40,193 nt of DNA from a virus. Taxonomy: Duplodnaviria; Caudoviricetes. Within the stretch, counting starts at the first letter, position 1. Every line of letters begins with the position of its first letter. The stretch covers positions 1 through 40,193 of IMG/VR virus record IMGVR_UViG_3300012041_000041; one strand, given 5' to 3'. The notes under the pieces were generated by a model. That model was not told where the DNA came from. It did not search any database and was given only the letters and a program-made list of their open reading frames with translations. Both the position numbers and the translations under genes were made by a program. This document shows, piece after piece, positions 34,768 to 40,193 of this stretch.

Positions 34768-36570
34768 ATGAGCGAAACCAATAATAAAATAGATAGTAAT
34801 GTTATTTACCTAGAATTTGCGAATTATAGTATTCCTAAATTCAAAGAAGTAAAGAACAAAGACTACGTGTATTTTGGTGAAGATAATACGTATGCTGATT
34901 ATCTAATAGAACTATACTTACAATGTGCTATTCACAATGCAATCATTAACGGCAAAGTAAATTATATCTACGGTGCAGGATTAGGAGTTGATGAAAAAAC
35001 AAGCACAACACCACAAAAAGCAGTAGCAGACAATTTTATTAATATGATGCGTCCTTTTATCGGTCAAACGATTAAGGACTTTGAAATATTTAATTCAATA
35101 GCATTCGAGATTATACCTAACAAAACAGGCTCAGGTATTTCTAAAATTGCTTACATGCCTATGAGTAAGATTAGAACCAATAAAGACGAAACACTTTATT
35201 TCTATTCAAATGATTGGGCGCAAAACAAACAAAGCGAAGAGAAAACGGGATATAAAGAGTTTAAACCATTCGACCCAAACGATATAACCAAACAATCTAC
35301 ACTAGCAGTCTTTAAGGTTAAAAGCCCTAAAAACGGTGTAGATAAAAACGTATACGGTATACCTAATTATATCGGTGCAACGGCTGCAATCGAGTCAGAC
35401 ATTGAAATATCAAACTTTCACTTAAACAACTTAAAAAGCGGTTTTAGTGCTGGTACTATGATTAATTTCAATAATGGTGAACCAACTGAGGAGGCGAAAG
35501 AAACTATCACTAAGCAGATTAAAAAGAAAGCAACTGGAACTGAAAAGGCTGGAGGTTTAGTTATCACTTTCAATAAATCAACTGAAAACGCTCCTACAAT
35601 AACAAACTTCACTCCGAACGATTTAGATAAACAATTTATTGAAATATCTAAAAGAATCGATCAACAAATCTTTACGGCTCATTCAGTCGTTAGCCCTGTT
35701 TTATTTGGAGTATCTACTGAGGGTGCATTGGGTCAGAGAAACGAAATGATGACAGCTTACGAGTTGTTTAGAAGCACTTATATTTTAGTACGTCAAGGAA
35801 TATTAGAAGATGTGATAAATGAATTTGCTTCATTCTTTGGCGTATCAAACAAGATCATCTTTAAGAAAACAAGCCCTTTAAAATCTCTTTTGCCAGACTC
35901 AATCATTGAGAAAGTTTACAATGATATGAGTATTGATGAACTAAGAGAGATAATGGATTTGCCTAAAAAAAAAGTAGTGTTTAGCGAAGAGTCTAAACCT
36001 AGTTTAAAGTGGGCTAAGTCTGGAGTAAAAGCATCTAATTACGAAATACTTTTTGAAAGAGAATTTGATGGGATGAGTGATGATGAGTGTTTATCGTTAT
36101 TTCACAAACAAACTTTTAAAAGTGAACTGTCTGCAAATGAAAAAGCCATTGTAGATATGCTAGGTAAAGAGCCTTTAACGTCTAGTGATGTTCTTGCAAA
36201 ACTTTTAAAGATAAGTGTTAAGGAAGTTAATCAAATGATTGACTCTTTAGTAGAGAGGAAATATATTTCAAGTGCTGGCGAACCAACTAAAAAAGGTGAA
36301 GCGGAAAGCGAAGATGCTAAGACAGTCGGCACAGAAATAAAATACAGATATGGCTGGAGGGCTGGAATAACACCAGATAAAAACAGTAGGGAATTTTGTG
36401 CTGACTTATTAGAGAAAGACGAATTATTTACAAGGGCACAAATAGAGGGAATGGATAATGAACAGGGATTAGAGGTTTGGGATAGTCGAGGCGGTTGGTG
36501 GAATAAGGGCGGTGCAAACGTTCCATATTGTCGCCATATTTTTAAGCAGGTAGTGGTTAAATTAAAATAA
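34768..36570 (+). CDS. Portal protein with C-terminal wHTH and MuF-like Cys/His extension
   Basis: HNAIINGK, YGIPNY, LDKQF, TAH.V.SP.LFG, IDELRE; then an HTH and SREFC...CRH. Confidence 0.85.
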   Translation: MSETNNKIDSNVIYLEFANYSIPKFKEVKNKDYVYFGEDNTYADYLIELYLQCAIHNAIINGKVNYIYGAGLGVDEKTSTTPQKAVADNFINMMRPFIGQTIKDFEIFNSIAFEIIPNKTGSGISKIAYMPMSKIRTNKDETLYFYSNDWAQNKQSEEKTGYKEFKPFDPNDITKQSTLAVFKVKSPKNGVDKNVYGIPNYIGATAAIESDIEISNFHLNNLKSGFSAGTMINFNNGEPTEEAKETITKQIKKKATGTEKAGGLVITFNKSTENAPTITNFTPNDLDKQFIEISKRIDQQIFTAHSVVSPVLFGVSTEGALGQRNEMMTAYELFRSTYILVRQGILEDVINEFASFFGVSNKIIFKKTSPLKSLLPDSIIEKVYNDMSIDELREIMDLPKKKVVFSEESKPSLKWAKSGVKASNYEILFEREFDGMSDDECLSLFHKQTFKSELSANEKAIVDMLGKEPLTSSDVLAKLLKISVKEVNQMIDSLVERKYISSAGEPTKKGEAESEDAKTVGTEIKYRYGWRAGITPDKNSREFCADLLEKDELFTRAQIEGMDNEQGLEVWDSRGGWWNKGGANVPYCRHIFKQVVVKLK

Positions 36571-36571
36571 A

Positions 36572-37141
36572 ATGGCAGTAAACGTATTATTTATTTCGGA
36601 GCAATATATTAAAGATACATCGTATATCGACGAGAATGTAGACGCTAATTTACTGCGTTCTAACATACTCGAAACTCAAGACATACGCATACGTCGAATA
36701 ATTGGAACGGGCTTATATAACGAGCTAAAAACACAAATAAACGGCAATACTTTAACGGCATTAAACACAACCTTGTTAGACGATTACGTTTCGCCAGCCT
36801 TAAAATATTGGGTTCTTAATGATGGTGCATTTATCTTGCAATATAAGATAATGAACAAGGGGATTGTAACTAGACAATCTGAAAACACAACATCGGTAGG
36901 GGTTACGGAATTTGACAGGCTAGTATCTTTTTTCAAAGATCGTGCAGAATACTATTCTCAAAGGGTTACGGATTATTTGATAGAACATAATTTAGAATAT
37001 CCTTTATATAATAACCCAGGTAACGGGTACGACATAGAGCATCCTAATAATAATAACTATACACAGGGTTGGCATTTAGGTGATGATTTACATATACCAA
37101 AAGGAATTGATATTGATTACGGTAGAAATAGAAACTGTTAA
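36572..37141 (+). CDS. Putative head-tail adaptor
   Basis: Helical protein following portal; LFISE, IGTGLY..LK. Confidence 0.55.
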   Translation: MAVNVLFISEQYIKDTSYIDENVDANLLRSNILETQDIRIRRIIGTGLYNELKTQINGNTLTALNTTLLDDYVSPALKYWVLNDGAFILQYKIMNKGIVTRQSENTTSVGVTEFDRLVSFFKDRAEYYSQRVTDYLIEHNLEYPLYNNPGNGYDIEHPNNNNYTQGWHLGDDLHIPKGIDIDYGRNRNC

Positions 37142-37216
37142 ACTGAAACAATATGAAAAGAGGAGTTTATAAAAAAGTAGAAGAGAAAGTAAAGGAATAT
37201 TTTTTAAAGAAAAAAA

Positions 37217-37783
37217 ATGACGCTAAATCAAATCCTCGCCCAATTAAGACTGATAGCCGATAATCATCAGCTTATCAATGGTTATGGTGAGGGCGACATA
37301 TGGGAAATAGCGACAAGCGGAGATACTGCTTATCCTTTAATGTGGACTACTATTGAGAACGTTCAGATCAGCACAACGGAAAAGAGTGAAACGTATAATT
37401 TCTCTCTTTACTTTATGGATGTTGTAAAGAATGGAGAAGTAAATGAAACCGAAGTTTTAAGCGATCAGTTAAGCACCGCCAAGGATGTTTTAGCACAATT
37501 AAAGCACCCTAGTTATGAATGGAGTTTTGAAAGCAATAATAGTTCTTTAGAAGATTTCACAGAAAGGTTTTTAGATAGTGTAAGCGGTTGGAAAATGACT
37601 GTTTCATTAAAGCTACCTTTTGATAGCAATAGATGTGTTATCCCTTATGATGGGAATAATTTCCCTTCAACAGGTGGTGGTAGTGCAGGTGGTACGATAA
37701 ACGTTTATCTAGATGGTGTTTTACAATCTTCAACAGCATCAAGTGATTTAGACGCAGAGACAGTAATAATAGTTTGGCAATAA
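37217..37783 (+). CDS. Putative tail terminator/neck protein
   Basis: YPLMW, FTERF.D...GW; context. Confidence 0.5.
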   Translation: MTLNQILAQLRLIADNHQLINGYGEGDIWEIATSGDTAYPLMWTTIENVQISTTEKSETYNFSLYFMDVVKNGEVNETEVLSDQLSTAKDVLAQLKHPSYEWSFESNNSSLEDFTERFLDSVSGWKMTVSLKLPFDSNRCVIPYDGNNFPSTGGGSAGGTINVYLDGVLQSSTASSDLDAETVIIVWQ

Positions 37784-37789
37784 TAAGAT

Positions 37790-40193
37790 ATGAATATTTA
37801 CATAGATAGTCAGATAGTAGTACAAACGGGGGCTCAATGGGCTTTAGATTCTACTGTTTATAGTGGGCAACGATTATTAGTTACATCGGACGAAACTTAT
37901 ACAGGAACAGATCAAAGAAAATTTAAGATTGCAAACGGTGTAGACACGTGGAGTAATTTAGATTATTTTCCAGCGGGCGGTAGCCAGACGCTCGCACAAA
38001 CACTAGCATTAGGGAAACTAACAAACGAGCAAACTATTGATTCCAATAATGGGTTATCGAAATTAAGTGTTCTAGACGGGTCTGCAAAACTAGAAAGTTC
38101 TAGTGGTAATTTTGTGCTTATTAACCGATCAACAAACGAGATAACAATAGCGGCGTCAAATCGTGTTTTAGTTGGTCATAATTCTGCAACTCACTATCTG
38201 AATGTAAATGCGAGTCTTTTTGAAATTGGTGCGACTACTAGGGTGGCTATTCAAGACACAGCCGGAACATATTCAATGGCTTCTTATGCTCCAGACAGCA
38301 CTTTTATGTTCGGACAGGTAGGTGGTTCATTCCCAACCGTAGACGCAGCTATTCATATTATACACAGCGCAAAAGATCAATTTAAAAGCTCTTATAACAG
38401 TACTCAATACTGGAAAGCAGTAACAAACAATATAGGAGAAACAACATTCACAACGGCAGGATCTAGCCCTTTATTAAAGTTTAATTCAATAGTTAATTTT
38501 CCAAACTTAACGGCATCTACATTGCCATATCTAGACGCTTCTAAAAATCTAGTTTCTTTAGCAAACGCATCAGGAGTTTTAACAAATGACGGTGCAGGAA
38601 ATTTAAGTTGGGGCTCAGGTGGCGGTGGTGCATCGGCAATGGGTAACACAGGAGCTTTAACTTATGGTGGTATGACTGCTGCAAGTACAACTACTGTAAA
38701 TATTGGAGCATTAAAAGGGTGGGTAGTAGATAACGAAACTGATCCATTAAATCCCGTTTCAACGTATATTGATTATCCGGGAGCAAGTGGAGTAACAGTT
38801 CCTACAATTGGTAGTGGTCAGATAAGTTATTTATTATTTCTTCCTGACGGTGGTGGGTCAGCTACTTTAGTTTGGCAGAATACATTTCCAACATCGGCAC
38901 AAAGAAAAACACATATTTACGCTTCTAAAGCATCGCATCCAAACTTAACAACATTGGGTGTGGTTGGAAATGAAACGGATTATATTACAAGCCCTTTACA
39001 ATTTTCAAGAGATTTCTTTCAAGGATTTCCATATATAAACAAAGGTATTCATACATCAGCCTCCGCTGCAAATTTAACATTTGCAACATCTACTGGAAAG
39101 ATTATTGGAGACGGGATTAATTTCTATTTAGATAGAACTAATCCAAATGAGATTTCAAGAACAGGAACTTCTACAACTTCATTCTTTTACAGAACTCAAT
39201 TAGGTGGTGCTACTGGAGCAGTAACAAATATTGATCCTACAATGTATGATGTAGGTGGTGTTATAACAGCAATACCCGGAGGCGTTAACGTTTCTACTAT
39301 TCAATATATTTATGCAGTACCTTTTAATGGAGCTATTGGGTTTGTTACACAATATGGCCAAACATTATATTCAAATTTAGCAGCAGCTACGGCAGCAGTT
39401 GGTAAAGAAGAGCCTGTAATATTTTCTAACTTAGTTAGTGATGCAATTTTAGTTGGATACTTAGCTATTAGAAAAGGTGCAGCTGACTTAACAGATACAA
39501 CTCAGGCTAGATTTTCTAAAGCTGATATGTTTGGACAATCAGCTGGTGGAGCAGGTGGCACATCTGTAAGTACAATACAGCAAGTTTATACTAACTCTGG
39601 TGCAGTTACTCCTAAATTTACAACAACTACTGCCAATGATGGTTGGTCAGGTAGAAATGGTGGAACATCTGATACTGAAAAGATATTTAGAGCAGAAGAT
39701 ATTGCAGGAACTGAAAGATGGTATGTAAATGGACATGGTGACACTAATTATTGGAAAGGAGTAGCAGGAACACCAACACGAGTAGGGAATACATCTTTCA
39801 CAATTACAGATACTGCTAATGCTAATTTGTACGATTTAAAATATGGTAGAACAACTGTATTAAAATGGACTGATACGGCTGTTACTAAAATGGCTATGAT
39901 TGTTAGTGCTACTTATTCAGCTAATAATGTAACTATTACAATTATAGGCGACACATTAACGGCAACGGCAACAATGAGTACAATGAGTTATTCTCATGAG
40001 AAATGTAAACCAATAATTTTAGCTATTGCAGGAACATTGTCAACAGGAACAGATTTAACAGGTAGATACTTTTGCCCTTCTCCTATGAAGGTTTTCGGTG
40101 CAGATGGTTATCACATGACAGCTGGAACAACCAACGCGACTACATACGATATAAATAAAAACGGTACTACGTTTATGACTACTAAATTATCAA
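37790..40193 (+). CDS. Long tail fibre/receptor-binding protein (855 aa when joined to 15-178), not in ORF track
   Basis: ATG 37790; KFKIANGVDTWSNLDY (Mtd/hyaluronidase N-terminal-like anchor), GVLTNDGAGNLSW; Thr/Gly/Ser-rich; start and end segments are in one frame (interior only partly translated by hand). Confidence 0.8.
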   Translation, partial: MNIYIDSQIVVQTGAQWALDSTVYSGQRLLVTSDETYTGTDQRKFKIANGVDTWSNLDYFPAGGSQTLAQTLALGKLTNEQTIDSNNGLSKLSVLDGSAKLESSSGNFVLINRSTNEITIAASNRVLVGHNSATHYLNVNASLFEIGATTRVAIQDTAGTYSMASYAPDSTFMFGQVGGSFPTVDAAIHIIHSAKDQFKSSYNSTQYWKAVTNNIGETTFTTAGSSPLLKFNSIVNFPNLTASTLPYLDASKNLVSLANASGVLTNDGAGNLSWGSGGGGASAMGNTGALTYGGMTAASTTTVNIGALKGWVVDNETDPLNPVSTYIDYPGASGVTVPTIGSGQISYLLFLPDGGGSATLVWQNTFPTSAQRKTHIYASKASHPNLTTLGVVGNETDYITSPLQFSRDFFQGFPYINKGIHTSASAANLTFATSTGKIIGDGINFYLDRTNPNEISRTGTSTTSFFYRTQLGGATGAVTNIDPTMYDVGGVITAIPGGVNVSTIQYIYAVPFNGAIGFVTQYGQTLYSNLAAATAAVGKEEPVIFSNLVSDAILVGYLAIRKGAADLTDTTQARFSKADMFGQSAGGAGGTSVSTIQQVYTNSGAVTPKFTTTTANDGWSGRNGGTSDTEKIFRAEDIAGTERWYVNGHGDTNYWKGVAGTPTRVGNTSFTITDTANANLYDLKYGRTTVLKWTDTAVTKMAMIVSATYSANNVTITIIGDTLTATATMSTMSYSHEKCKPIILAIAGTLSTGTDLTGRYFCPSPMKVFGADGYHMTAGTTNATTYDINKNGTTFMTTKLS
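40180..40193. repeat. Terminal direct repeat (copy of 1-14)
   Basis: Exact 14-nt match. Confidence 0.9.

Noticed and set aside
225-38649. Numerous short opposite-strand ORFs in the track (e.g. 225-503, 881-1204, 8404-8646, 25273-25638, 31020-31307, 38404-38649)
   Set aside because: Antisense shadows of well-supported genes with no motifs
37790-40193. Diversity-generating retroelement suggested by the Mtd-N-like motif
   Set aside because: No reverse transcriptase and no TR/VR pair differing at adenines; the only long repeat (78 bp) is in gene leaders
1-40193. Stop-codon reassignment
   Set aside because: The standard code gives full-length, densely packed genes, and TAA, TAG and TGA are all used as stops

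Overview
This window appears to be a complete, circularly closed, AT-rich tailed dsDNA phage genome of about 40.2 kb. The first and last 14 nt are identical, and an 855-aa tail-fibre ORF reads in frame across the junction. TTTG-N19/20-TAnnTTTG promoters point to a Bacteroidota host. A divergent promoter pair at about 14.7 kb splits the genome into two arms. The leftward early arm carries a Cro-like HTH, a cluster of predicted structured RNAs, ERF, NinG, a replication initiator and a primase-helicase. The rightward arm carries a sigma-like factor, five glycosyltransferase genes plus a TylF-type O-methyltransferase, terminase, tail, head, portal, tail fibres, an esterase and lysis genes. The most striking feature is at 5.26-8.27 kb: an integron-like cassette array in a phage with no recognisable integrase. 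Its attC-like hairpins (AAC...ccGTT) separate small accessory genes (DNA MTase, YopX, hypotheticals). Each unit is bounded by its own 17-29 bp inverted repeat plus a C-rich motif, and the genes appear inverted relative to the canonical attC orientation. Other notable signals are a three-copy candidate late promoter (TTGCACAAA-N13-ACATWTA), a -1 frameshifted tail chaperone, a portal fused to HTH and MuF-like domains, and several candidate structured RNAs. All product calls come from motif recognition by eye; no searches were run.
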